From: an uncultured Acidobacteriota bacterium
Lineage (GTDB): Bacteria > Acidobacteriota > UBA6911
DNA: 64,000 bases
Assembly: GCA_963827655.1 (NCBI GenBank)
Contig: CAWHCF010000026.1
Span: forward strand, 32,001 to 96,000
Direction of reading: 5' to 3'
Part shown: positions 1-9,767 of the stretch, one piece after another
Layout: every line of letters begins with the position of its first letter
Numbering within the stretch: position 1 is the stretch's first letter
The notes under the pieces: generated by a model
The model's input: only the letters and a program-made list of their open reading frames with translations
Database searches by the model: none
Told to the model about the DNA's origin: nothing
Position numbers and translations under genes: made by a program

Positions 1-1497
1 TGCTGCTGGGATGGTCCAGCCAAACTACAGTCGGGAATCAACTCAGCGAAGACGCCATCGCGCCCTATTGGGGCCTTTACTTTCTCGACGACTGGAAGAT
101 CAATTCGAGATTGACCATGAATGCCGGCGTGCGCTGGGAGCTGTTTCAGACGCCATACTTTCCGGACGGTGTCCCTGTGGGGCCGCTCGGAGTCAGCCGG
201 TTCATCACCGAGTTCAACGGCGTGGGACCGGGCAATCCGCGCTATGAGACGTTCGAGCGCCCCAAGGATGGCCGCGACTGCGGCTGCAAGGAGGACTTGA
301 ACAACTTCGCGCCGCGTTTGGGCCTCGCCTACAAGCTCACCAATTCGACGGTCATCCGGACCGGCTTCGGCATCTTCTACGGCGAGGCCGACTACCTCAC
401 CAGTGAAACCGCGCGCTGGATCAATCAGACCCCGGACTTCACCGAGGTTATCGTCACCGGCACCAACGTCGCGCAGGCCGCCTTCGTCACAGGATGGCTT
501 CGCGCCGGTAGTGCTTCCTGCGACGGCGCCGGTGCCGGGCACCAACATCGAAGCCTCCTCCGACGAATTGCCCAACCAGTACTCCTCGCAATGGTTCCTG
601 GACGTGCAGCAGGAACTGCCGGGAGATATTCTGCTTGTGGTCGGCTACCAGGGTTCCAAGTCCACGCACCTTTTCCACTCGCGAAACATCAACAATGGCG
701 GGCCTCACCCCACGATCCCGGCATCTCAGCGCCGCGTGCGTCCGACCTGGAACGCCGTGAACCTCAGGGAAGCCGGCTCAAACGCCAATTACAACGCGAT
801 GGTGGCCAAGGTCGAAAAACGATTCTCGAAGGGGCTGACGTTCATCACGTCCTATACCTGGTCGCACAGCATCGACCAGGGAAACGAATCCCTCGACGAA
901 AACCTTTCGGGAAGGGCTAACCAGTACAACCTGTCGGCCGAGCGGGGCAATTCCAGTCTCGACCGCCGTCACAACTTCATCAGTAGTCTTACCTACGAAC
1001 TGCCGTTCGGGCGTGGCAAGCCATTCGGGAGCGCCTGGAACGGAGCGCTCGACGCCGTCCTGGGTGGCTGGCAGATGGGCGGCATCATCAGCCTTCGCAC
1101 CGGCTTCCCCTTTGACGTGACTTACCCCGGCGATCCTCAGAACAGCGGGACTACAAATCGCGGCAACCGGATCGCCAGCGGCAAGCTTGACAACCCGACC
1201 ATCGATCAGTGGTTTGACCAGTTCGCCTTTGTCCAGAGCGCGCCGGGAGTCTACGGCAACACCGGCCGCAATGTCCTTTACGGACCCGGATTCAACAACC
1301 TCGACTTCATCCTGGCCAAACGGTTCATCATGCCCTGGAAAGAACACCAGCTGCAGTTCCGGTTCGAGGCGTTCAACTTCACGAACACGCCGCACTTCAA
1401 TCAGCCGGTACGCTGGCCTCCGGGCCCCAACACCGCAACCATCAATGCGGCCGACGAGCCGCGGCGCATCCAGTTCGCGCTGAAATACAACTTCTAG
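1..1497 (+). CDS. TonB-dependent transporter, Oar-like (C-terminal part; 5' end outside window; frameshifts near 80-110 and 490)
   Basis: ORFs 111..920 and 403..1497 carry NNFAPRLGLAY, ERGNSSLDRRH, QFRFEAFNFTNTPHF and the terminal RRIQFALKYNF beta-signal. Confidence 0.9.
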
Positions 1498-1552
1498 CCG
1501 GCGCCGGAGCGCTTCGCGGCGAAGACGCGAACGGCACGGGAGGGAGGCAACC

Positions 1553-2530
1553 ATGACTTACGTCTGTAGCCGGCGGCAATGGCTTGTTTCACTGATCCCC
1601 GCGGTTGCGTGTTCGCGCTGGGCTCTCGCGGCAGCGGGTCAGAAACCGATGCGCGGCGTCTTCATCATCATGGCGACGCCTTACACGGCCGCGAAAGAAG
1701 TCGACTACGAAGATCTCGCGCGCGAGGTCGACTTCCTCGACCGGTGCCAGGTCCACGGGATGGTCTGGCCGCAACTGGCGAGCGAGTATTCGCGGCTGAC
1801 CAAGGAAGAACGGCTCCAGGGCATGAAAGTCCTGGGGCGTGCGGCAGCGGGAAAAAAGCCGGCGCTGGTGCTTGGAGTGCAGGGTCGCAACACGGCCGAG
1901 GCGCTCGAGTATCTCCAGTGCGCGGAGGAGGCGGCGCCCGACGCCGTCATTGCCATTCCGCCTACCGAGGCCAAGTCGCTGGATGATTTTCGTGAGTACT
2001 ACACGACCCTGGCACGCAAGACGAAACGGCCCTTCTTTGTCCAGACCACCGGAGGGGCCCCGAAGATCGAGCCCACGGTGGAGTTTCTGGTCGAGCTGGC
2101 CCGCGAATTTCCGCATTGCGGCTACGTGAAGGAGGAATTCAGTCCGGTGATCGATCGAATGAAGGCGCTGGCTACCCATCGCCCGACGATAAAAGGAGTC
2201 TTCAGCGGGCAGGCCGGGCGGGGCATGATGTATGAAATGCGCCTCGGATTTGACGGCACCATGCCGGGCGCTCCTTACGCGGACATGTACTCTCAGATCT
2301 GGAACTCTTACCAGGCAGGCAAGGAGGAAAAAGCGCGCGAGTTGTTCAGCCGGCTGCTCCTGATGATAAACCTGGAGCAGCAAATCCCGGGCACGCGCCA
2401 GTACGTGATGCACAAGCGCGGCGTCTTCAAGACGACAATGTCGCGCCAGCAAGAGTTCCACTGGACACCCGAAGCCAAAAAGGAAATCGACTCCACGTGG
2501 GCGGCGCTCAAGCCGCATCTGATCGATTGA
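1553..2530 (+). CDS. Dihydrodipicolinate-synthase-family lyase/aldolase with Tat-like signal
   Basis: MRGVFIIMATPYT, VDYEDL and the YVKEE Schiff-base Lys region; N-terminus SRRQWL plus hydrophobic stretch; RBS GGAGG upstream. Confidence 0.85.
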   Translation: MTYVCSRRQWLVSLIPAVACSRWALAAAGQKPMRGVFIIMATPYTAAKEVDYEDLAREVDFLDRCQVHGMVWPQLASEYSRLTKEERLQGMKVLGRAAAGKKPALVLGVQGRNTAEALEYLQCAEEAAPDAVIAIPPTEAKSLDDFREYYTTLARKTKRPFFVQTTGGAPKIEPTVEFLVELAREFPHCGYVKEEFSPVIDRMKALATHRPTIKGVFSGQAGRGMMYEMRLGFDGTMPGAPYADMYSQIWNSYQAGKEEKARELFSRLLLMINLEQQIPGTRQYVMHKRGVFKTTMSRQQEFHWTPEAKKEIDSTWAALKPHLID

Positions 2531-2558
2531 CGATTGACGATTGACGATTGACGATTGA
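2524..2558. repeat. Five perfect tandem copies of CGATTGA, the first overlapping the stop codon
   Basis: Read directly: cgattga x5. Confidence 0.95.
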
Positions 2559-2582
2559 AAAATACGAGGTCCGCAGTACAGA

Positions 2583-2627
2583 ATTCTTCGTGTTTCTTCG
2601 TGTCTTCGCGTCTTGGTGGTATTTGTT
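2583..2627 (+). repeat. Family A intergenic repeat (consensus about ATTCTTGGTGTTTCTTCGTGTCTTTGAGTCTTGGTGGTATTTGTT)
   Basis: Closely matches the copies at 4981 and 31578 and the reverse copy at 47028. Confidence 0.9.
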
Positions 2628-2741
2628 CCGCGACGCTAACCCCAAACAAAGACGCGGAGCAGCTGGAACCCGAGGCGATGGAAAAGGCTAAAAGTGAGGA
2701 TGCCCAGGTCGAGTAGGGAGATTCGAGATTCAAAGGAGAAT

Positions 2742-4924
2742 ATGAAACGAGGTCTTATCATGAAATTCATTCGAAACGCTGCGGTCGCGGCTGCGGTGGC
2801 TTGTTTCGCGGCGCAGGCGCAGGGTCAGAAGCTCTCTTATCCTGAGGCTAGAAAGGGCGACGTGGTAGACGACTATCACGGCACGAAGATAGCCGATCCG
2901 TATCGGTGGATGGAGGACATCGACGCCAAGGAAGTTACCGAGTGGGTGGAGATTCAGAACAAGCTGACGTCAGGCTACGTCGAGCGCCTGCCCCTCCGCG
3001 AGCACTTCCGGAAGCGTATCACCGAGTTGTGGAACTATCCGAAGACCGGCCTTCCGTTGCGCGAGGCCGGCCGCCTCTTCTACTCGAAGAACAGCGGCCT
3101 GCAGCGGCAGTCGCCCGTTTACATGCGCGAGAATCTTGACGCCGAACCGAGGCTGGTGATCGATCCCAATGCGCTCTCGCCCGACGGATCCGTGTCGCTC
3201 GGGCAGTACGCGCCGTCACCGGACGGGAGCCTGATCGCCTACACGCTCTCCCAGGGTGGAGCGGACTGGCGCAGCGTGCATGTCCGCGAGATCGCCAGCG
3301 GCCGCGACCTGACCGACAAGGTCGAGTGGATGAGGTTCTCCGGCCTGTCGTGGACCAAGGACGGTAAGGGCTTCTTTTACTCGCGCTACCCGCGAGCCGC
3401 CCAAAGGACAGGTGCTCGAAGCTGCTCTGAAGGACCATGCGCTGTACTACCACCGCGTCGGGACCCCGCAGTCCGAGGATCGCCTGATTTACCAACGCAA
3501 GGATCTGCCGGCCTGGGTGGTCGGAGGCGGCGTGACCGAGGATGGACGTTACCTGCTCGTGTTCATCTCGAAGGGTTCTGACAATAACAACCGGCTTTTC
3601 TATGCGGACCTCGGCGATCCGAAGCAGCCGAATGTGGCGGCCGCGATCAAGCCGGTGGTCGAGACCGATGACGCGGAGTATTCGCCCATCGGTAACCGGG
3701 GCTCAGTGATCTACCTCAGGACCGACCGCGGACGCCCCGAACCGGAAGGTTGTCGCGATCGATCTTCAGAAGCCGGCGCCATCGGACTGGAAGACGATCG
3801 TGCCCGAGCGCAAGGAGGCGATCGAAGGCGCGGCACTCATCGGCGGGCGCGTCGTGGTGCAATACCTGGTGGACGTGCAGAGCCGGCTGGCGCTGTTCGG
3901 CCTGGACGGTCAGTTCGCAGGGTGAAATCGCGCTCCCCGCTGCCGGCACGGTGGCCCGCTTTCGTGGGGCGCGAGGACGCGCCCGAGATCTTCTACACAT
4001 TCAGCTCGCCGATCTATCCCACCACCGTGTTCCGGTACGACCCGGAAACGAAGCAGAGTACGGCCTTCGAGGCGGCGAAGCCTCCGGTCGATATCAGCCG
4101 GTACGAGACCAAGGCGCTGTTCGCCAAATCGAAGGACGGCACGCGCGTGCCGTTTTTCCTCACGGCACGAAAGGGCCTTCCGCGACGACGGCGCGAACCC
4201 GACGATGCTCTACGGATACGGTGGGTTTTCCGTCAGCACGCTGCCGGGTTATCGGACCGATATCCCCGCGTGGCTCGAGATGGGCGGCATCTGGGTGACG
4301 GCGAACATGCGCGGCGGGGCCGAATACGGCGAAGCGTGGCATAAGGCCGGCATGCTCGAGAAGAAGCAGAACGTGTTTGATGATTTTATCGCCGTCGCCG
4401 AACATCTCGTGAAAGAGAAGTACACGTCGCCGGCGCAACTCGGGATAACGGGCGCCTCGAACGGTGGGCTTCTGGTTGGCGCGGTCATGGAGCAGCGGCC
4501 CTGAACTCTTCGCGGTCGCGCTGCCGGCGGTGGGTGTGATGGACATGCTGCGATACGACAAGTTCACCGGAGGACATTTTTGGGCGACCGAGTACGGCTC
4601 ATCCAGCGATCCCGAGCAGTTCAAGCACCTGATCAAGTACTCGCCGCTGCACAACATCAAGCCGGGCGTCTGCTACCCGGCGACTCTGGTGACGACTGCG
4701 GATCACGACGATCGCGTGGTACCCGAGCCATTCGTACAAGTTCACGGCCGCCCTGCAGGTCGCGCAAGGGCTGCGACAAACCGGCACTGATCCGAGTCGA
4801 AACCAAAGGCTCTCACGGCTATCGTCCGACCGACAAACGGATCGCCGAGCTGGCCGATCAGTGGGCATTCGCCGCCGCGCAGATGGGGATGGCCAGACTC
4901 GAGACGTCGACGGCTGAAAAGTGA
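2742..4924 (+). CDS. Prolyl oligopeptidase (S9A), secreted; several frameshifts
   Basis: Signal peptide, DPYRWME and NMRGGAEYG; catalytic motifs GASNGG (Ser), DHDDRV (Asp) and GSHG (His) spread over overlapping ORFs. Confidence 0.9.
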
Positions 4925-4980
4925 GCGCTTGACTTGCGCCTCGTATTACCACGTCGTAATTTTTTGCTTTTTTTGGCAGC

Positions 4981-5060
4981 ATTCTTGGTGTTTCTTTGTA
5001 TCTTTGAGTCTTGGTGGTATTAGTTATACAGTACTAACCCACGAAGACACGAAGAAGCCG
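4981..5060. repeat. Family A repeat with inverted partner arm
   Basis: attcttggtgtttctttgtatctttgagtcttggtggtattagtt followed by actaacccacgaagacacgaag. Confidence 0.9.
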
Positions 5061-5098
5061 CTGCTCATTGCTCGAGGTTAAGCTAGAGAGGTATTCCG

Positions 5099-6520
5099 AT
5101 GAGAAGAGCCATGATCTCGATAGTCGCGGTTCTGCAACTGGCGCTGCTGGCGGCAGCCGATTGGCCGCAGTTTCGCGGGCCGAATGCCACCGGTGTTTCC
5201 GAGGAAATAAACCTTCCGGTAGAATTCGGGTCTGACCGGAACGTCGTCTGGAAAACGCCGGTTCCACTGGGCAACTCGTCTCCCGCGATCGCCGGAAACA
5301 GGATTTTTCTCACCGCATTCGAGAAGGAGGCGCTGTTGACCATCGCCCTGGATCGAGCTACCGGGCGAATCCTTTGGCGGCGCGAAGCGCCCAGGCCGCG
5401 CAAGCAGGAAATCGAGCGCCCGGCGAACGGCCCGGTATCGGCCTCACCTGTTACCGACGGCCAGAATGCCTGGGTATTTTTCCAGGATTTCGGTCTTCTC
5501 GCCTACGGACCCGACGGCAAGGAACTCTGGCGCATGCCTCTGGGACCGTTCAACAACCCCTTCGGCCATGGCGCTTCCCCGATCCTGTCCGGCGACACCC
5601 TTTTCATGGTTTGCGATCAGGATGTCGGCTCGTTCCTGCTCGCCATCGACAAGATGAGCGGCCGTGTTTTGTGGCGCGCGGAACGGCCTCACGCCCAGCG
5701 TGGCTACGCGACGCCAGTTCTCTACCAGCCTTCCAACGGAAAACTGCAGGTGATCGTGGCAGGATCTTACCGTCTTTCCGGCTACGATGCTGCGACCGGC
5801 AAGGAACTCTGGTGGATCCGGCGCCTTCCCTGGCAAGTAAAACCGACCCCCGTGGTGGCCGGTGATGTGGTCTATTTCACGACCTATTCCGGTGAATCGG
5901 ATCCCGGCGAGCAGGAGAACGTGCCCCCGTTCGAAGAGGCGGTCGCCAGGCTCGACGCTAACAAGGACGGCAAGCTTTCCAAGGACGAGATCGTCGATCC
6001 CAAAGTCAAAGCCCGGTTTGAGGAATACCTCGACCTCGACGACACCGGTTTTCTGGAAGAACGCGACTGGAAGCAATTCCAAGAGCGTCGTCTGGGAGAG
6101 AACTCGCTTCGCGCTTACAAGCTCGGAGGTGACGGTGACTTGACCGAGCGCAATTTTCTCTGGAAGAACTCCAAGTCGTTACCCAATGTTCCCTCTCCGC
6201 TCTTCTACCGTGGCGTGTTGTACACGTTGAAGGAGGGCGGCATTCTCACTTCCTATGACCCGAAGACCGGGGAAATCGGCAAACAGGCGCGCCTCCAGGG
6301 CGCGCTGGGCACTTACTTCTCCTCGCCAGTCGCCGCCGACGGGAAGATCTATGCGGTCAGCGAAGAAGGGAAGGCCGCCGTGATTCGAGCCGGATCACAG
6401 TGGGAGGTGATTCGGGTGAACGAGCTGGGCGACGGGTGCAAAGCCACGCCTGCGATCACCGACGGGAAAATCTACCTGCGCACCGATGACACGCTGTACT
6501 GCTTCGCGATGACTGATTAA
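5099..6520 (+). CDS. Secreted PQQ/BamB-like beta-propeller protein with EF-hand insertion
   Basis: DWPQFRGP, repeated G-x-x-L-W motifs and SSPV; EF-hand-like loops DANKDGKLSKDE and DLDDTGFLEERD. Confidence 0.85.
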   Translation: MRRAMISIVAVLQLALLAAADWPQFRGPNATGVSEEINLPVEFGSDRNVVWKTPVPLGNSSPAIAGNRIFLTAFEKEALLTIALDRATGRILWRREAPRPRKQEIERPANGPVSASPVTDGQNAWVFFQDFGLLAYGPDGKELWRMPLGPFNNPFGHGASPILSGDTLFMVCDQDVGSFLLAIDKMSGRVLWRAERPHAQRGYATPVLYQPSNGKLQVIVAGSYRLSGYDAATGKELWWIRRLPWQVKPTPVVAGDVVYFTTYSGESDPGEQENVPPFEEAVARLDANKDGKLSKDEIVDPKVKARFEEYLDLDDTGFLEERDWKQFQERRLGENSLRAYKLGGDGDLTERNFLWKNSKSLPNVPSPLFYRGVLYTLKEGGILTSYDPKTGEIGKQARLQGALGTYFSSPVAADGKIYAVSEEGKAAVIRAGSQWEVIRVNELGDGCKATPAITDGKIYLRTDDTLYCFAMTD

Positions 6521-6521
6521 G

Positions 6522-6540
6522 GACGGGCTTCGGCCCGGTT
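6522..6540 (+). terminator. Probable terminator hairpin
   Basis: cgggc-ttcg-gcccg stem directly after the stop codon; short U tail. Confidence 0.45.
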
Positions 6541-6636
6541 AATGGCAACCGCCCCTGCAGCGCGCACAGTAAGAGTTCTCGGCACCCCCCTTGTAGTAGC
6601 CTGTCATTGATTTTGGATGTGGGCTACGCGTGCGAA

Positions 6637-6795
6637 CTATTTCGCCCGAATCGACATGGCTCGTTCTTCGAGTTTTTCTGCTTCCGATGAGCGTTGTGTC
6701 TTTCGAAGCAGGACGGCATAGTTCTCCAGGACAACGGCCACATCCGAATGATACGGACCTCGTGCCTCCTCGATGATGCTGGTCGAGAATTTTCG
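6637..6795 (-). pseudogene. C-terminal fragment of a kinesin-light-chain-type TPR protein
   Basis: My manual translation SIIEEARGPYHSDVAVVLENYAVLLRKTQRSSEAEKLEERAMSIRAK* fits the LGPDHPDVA..LENYA repeat; no start codon; cut by the MITE. Confidence 0.7.
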
Positions 6796-6799
6796 CTAA

Positions 6800-7008
6800 G
6801 GGGTCGCGCAGAAATAAGTTCGCATTCTGCCGCAGGCCCCCGGGCCCGCTGGCGAGGCGCGACGATGCGTACCCGGTGCGGTACGTGAGGAGCGAGCAAC
6901 AAAGGCCAACGGACCTGCGGGCCGCAGCCCGAAGCGGCGCGATCATCAGTGTGCTTGATTGACCACCGAATCTCGCGCCGGAATGTGAAGTTATTTCTGC
7001 CCGAGCCC
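6800..7008. mobile_element. MITE with 28-bp imperfect TIRs and TAA on both flanks
   Basis: Left TIR GGGGTCGCGCAGAAATAAGTTCGCATTC vs right TIR (reverse complement) GGGCTCGGGCAGAAATAACTTCACATTC, 24/28 identical; related copy at 50327. Confidence 0.85.
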
Positions 7009-7073
7009 TAAGTTCAGCCAACCATTCATCGTTCAAAGTTGAAATTGGGAAAAGAGTAGCCTGTCACCGATTT

Positions 7074-7746
7074 TTAGAATCGAATGACGATTCCGGCAGA
7101 GAGCTCCGCCTGTTGCGAGTAATCGGCGTCGCCCACGACCCAGCAGCCCCAGGGATAATAAGGGCTGCACCAGATTCCCTCTGGATCCGATTTGATGTAC
7201 GTAGGAGTCCAGCGGACCCCTGCCTTGACGCCGAAGTTGGGAGTAAAGAAGAACTTCACGCCGCCGCCCCATGTTGTTGAAAACCGAGTCGCACCGTCGA
7301 CTTCGAAGCCGCCAATATCCCCGAAGCCGTAGACAGTGCTACCCAGGCCGCCGAAGAAATAGGGCCGGACCTTGGAATCCCCGCTCCCAAAGTGGTATGT
7401 GAAAGTTCCGTGATAATTGTCAAGATTCAGGTCGCCGAACTCCTGACTCCCTCCTCCCACAAGCTGGCCTAACAATTTGCTGCTCTGGCGGGTCCACTGG
7501 AAACCAACCGCCCAATTCTCCGAGGCCAGATAATTGACGTCAAATCCCCAGGAGGAACCACTCTTGGGATCCAACTGGTCAACGACCTGGCCCCCGCCGA
7601 TGGCAGTGGGCTGGACTCCAATGCCTTCACTGCCGGTTCTTCCTCCGAACACACCGAGTTCGAATTTTTTTGGGTCCTGAGCCATCGCCGCGTTCGCACA
7701 GATCAACAGGCTTAAGCAAAAAACGATTGTCGTGTTTGTGGTTCAT
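7074..7746 (-). CDS. Outer-membrane beta-barrel protein (OmpW/OMP_b-brl-like); frameshift in signal peptide
   Basis: Alternating beta strands, VRPYFFGGLG and terminal AGIVIRF; likely ATG at 7746. Confidence 0.8.
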
Positions 7747-8806
7747 TTTTGTCCTCTTTTGATATGGGTTTTTCTTACAGGCGGTCGAGAAACCTCGACG
7801 CCACGCAGCATAGATACGTGGCTCCTCCGCTGGCATCAGGTAGAGTGTGTATTTCCCGGGGGGATTCCCTCCAGGCGGAGTCACAGGGGATTCTCTCCGG
7901 TTACGGACGTACTGCAGACCGAATTTCTTGCGTGTGGTTTGGGCGATCCCGCCGAGCGGCCCTGCGGCGGCGTCGCGCCTGTCCTGATACAGGTGAAATG
8001 CAAGGAGTCTAAAATCTCTTGAATGGAAGCGAAAACAGACGGCCATGCCGTCCAACCTGTCGGCGAACCGCTTCGGATCAAGCCCCGGCTCACCGTGATT
8101 CGTCCAGATCGGGCACGCGCCTGAAACTGGAACTTTCGGGGAGGGGCACAATATAAAGAGGCAACGGTCATGGAATGTCTTCGGGTTGACTTCGTTTTCG
8201 CCCTTCGGTCTCATCGACACGTCGCTTCTGAGTGCCCGGCGCCGCTACCTGATCCTGGTGGCCGCAGCGGCGCCCATGCGACGTCAAACCTGGTAAGCTT
8301 CCGCTATCGGGTTGGCGGCTATAAGCGGACAATGGCGTGAATCCGTGGCCGAGCAGCCCCTTCGGCAGCGCCGCTGCCCGGCCAGGGATTCATCCTTCAT
8401 GGGGGAACGCTACCCGATGTTCCTCGGTCCAGGATGGGTCCCGACTATGCGGATTACACGGCCTAAGCTTGTGCCCCCTCGGCCGCGAGATGAAAATAGA
8501 CAAACGCCGCCTGGGATAAAATCCATTAGATTTGGTATTTGACCCGAAAAGATTTCGGCCCGAGCGTGGGTCAAACCGGTATCAAGGTTGTGTATCTCCC
8601 CGAAATTGATTAAGTATTTTGCGTGAGCAGCCCGGTGGGTTTTCTGGGGGGTGTTGGTAACTGCCGCGCCAAAAACAACGCCTTTGGCATTCTGTCATAG
8701 CGAGCTTTGCGCCCTTCCTCGATCCGCAAAGTGTCTGCAAGAAGAAGCTACACCTGTTGCGTCAGACCGGCGTCGCGCGTACACTCCTCGCTGCGACGAG
8801 GAAAGC

Positions 8807-9649
8807 ATGGTTCAACTCGGACTTCTTTTGGCCGTGATCTGGACGATATGCGCGCAGGCGCAGCCGGCCCAGACCGCCAAGGACCGGAAGATCCTCGATG
8901 AAATCCGCGCTCATCGCTCGGGAATCGCGGTCTGGTGGCTGGGGCACAATGGATGGTTGATCAAGGCCGGCGATACCCTGATCGGGACCGACCTGGTTCT
9001 GGAGGAGCCGAACCGCCGCGCGCCTCCGCCGATTTCGGCAGCGGAACTGGCGGGCGAGCTGGACGTCTCTTTCGTCACTCACGGACATGGAGATCATTTT
9101 CACCGGAAGACATCTCAAGTCCTTTCCGGGCAAGGCCGCTGTGTGTTCGTGATCCCCAATAGCTGTGTCAAAATCGCCCGCGATCTGGGCATCGATGAAG
9201 CCCGCCTGCGGATAGCGACCCCCAGAGAGCCGTTCGAAATGAAGGGCGTCCGGGTACAGCCGCTGCGGGCCATCCACGGAAACCCGAAGTTCGCGGTGCA
9301 CGCACAGGCCAACCTGGAGGATTGCGGCTATCTGATCACGATCGGCGGCAAGACCTTTCTGCAGCCCGGGGACTCGGTGCTACTGGAAGACCACCTCTTT
9401 CTGAAGCACGTTGACGTACTCTTCTTTTCACCCACCGAGCACAACATGCACATCGACCGCTCGGTGATCCTCATCAACGAGCTGCAACCGGACTACATTC
9501 TGCCCCAGCATCGCGATACGTACGTCGAGACTCCGCAGAACCGCTACTGGACTCACGGCTACGCCCGAGAGGTGCAACTGCTCCTTGCGAAGCCGCTCCA
9601 GGAGAAGTACCGGGTTCTCGAACCGGGCGAGCGTCTGCTGATCCAGTGA
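8807..9649 (+). CDS. Secreted MBL-fold metallo-hydrolase (UlaG-like)
   Basis: WWLGHNG, THGHGDH metal motif, PGDS and ILPQH; signal peptide. Confidence 0.85.
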   Translation: MVQLGLLLAVIWTICAQAQPAQTAKDRKILDEIRAHRSGIAVWWLGHNGWLIKAGDTLIGTDLVLEEPNRRAPPPISAAELAGELDVSFVTHGHGDHFHRKTSQVLSGQGRCVFVIPNSCVKIARDLGIDEARLRIATPREPFEMKGVRVQPLRAIHGNPKFAVHAQANLEDCGYLITIGGKTFLQPGDSVLLEDHLFLKHVDVLFFSPTEHNMHIDRSVILINELQPDYILPQHRDTYVETPQNRYWTHGYAREVQLLLAKPLQEKYRVLEPGERLLIQ

Positions 9650-9685
9650 CCGGGATCCAGCCTTGGTGTCGAGCGGGTTACCGGG

Positions 9686-9743
9686 TCTTCGTGTCTTAGT
9701 GGTTAGCGCGTAAAAAACAAAAGCCACCACCAAGACACGAAGA
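9686..9743. repeat. Family A inverted doublet between convergent genes
   Basis: tcttcgtgtcttagtggt ... accaccaagacacgaaga. Confidence 0.85.
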
Positions 9744-9767
9744 TGCTAAGCCCCTATTTTGTTCAGC

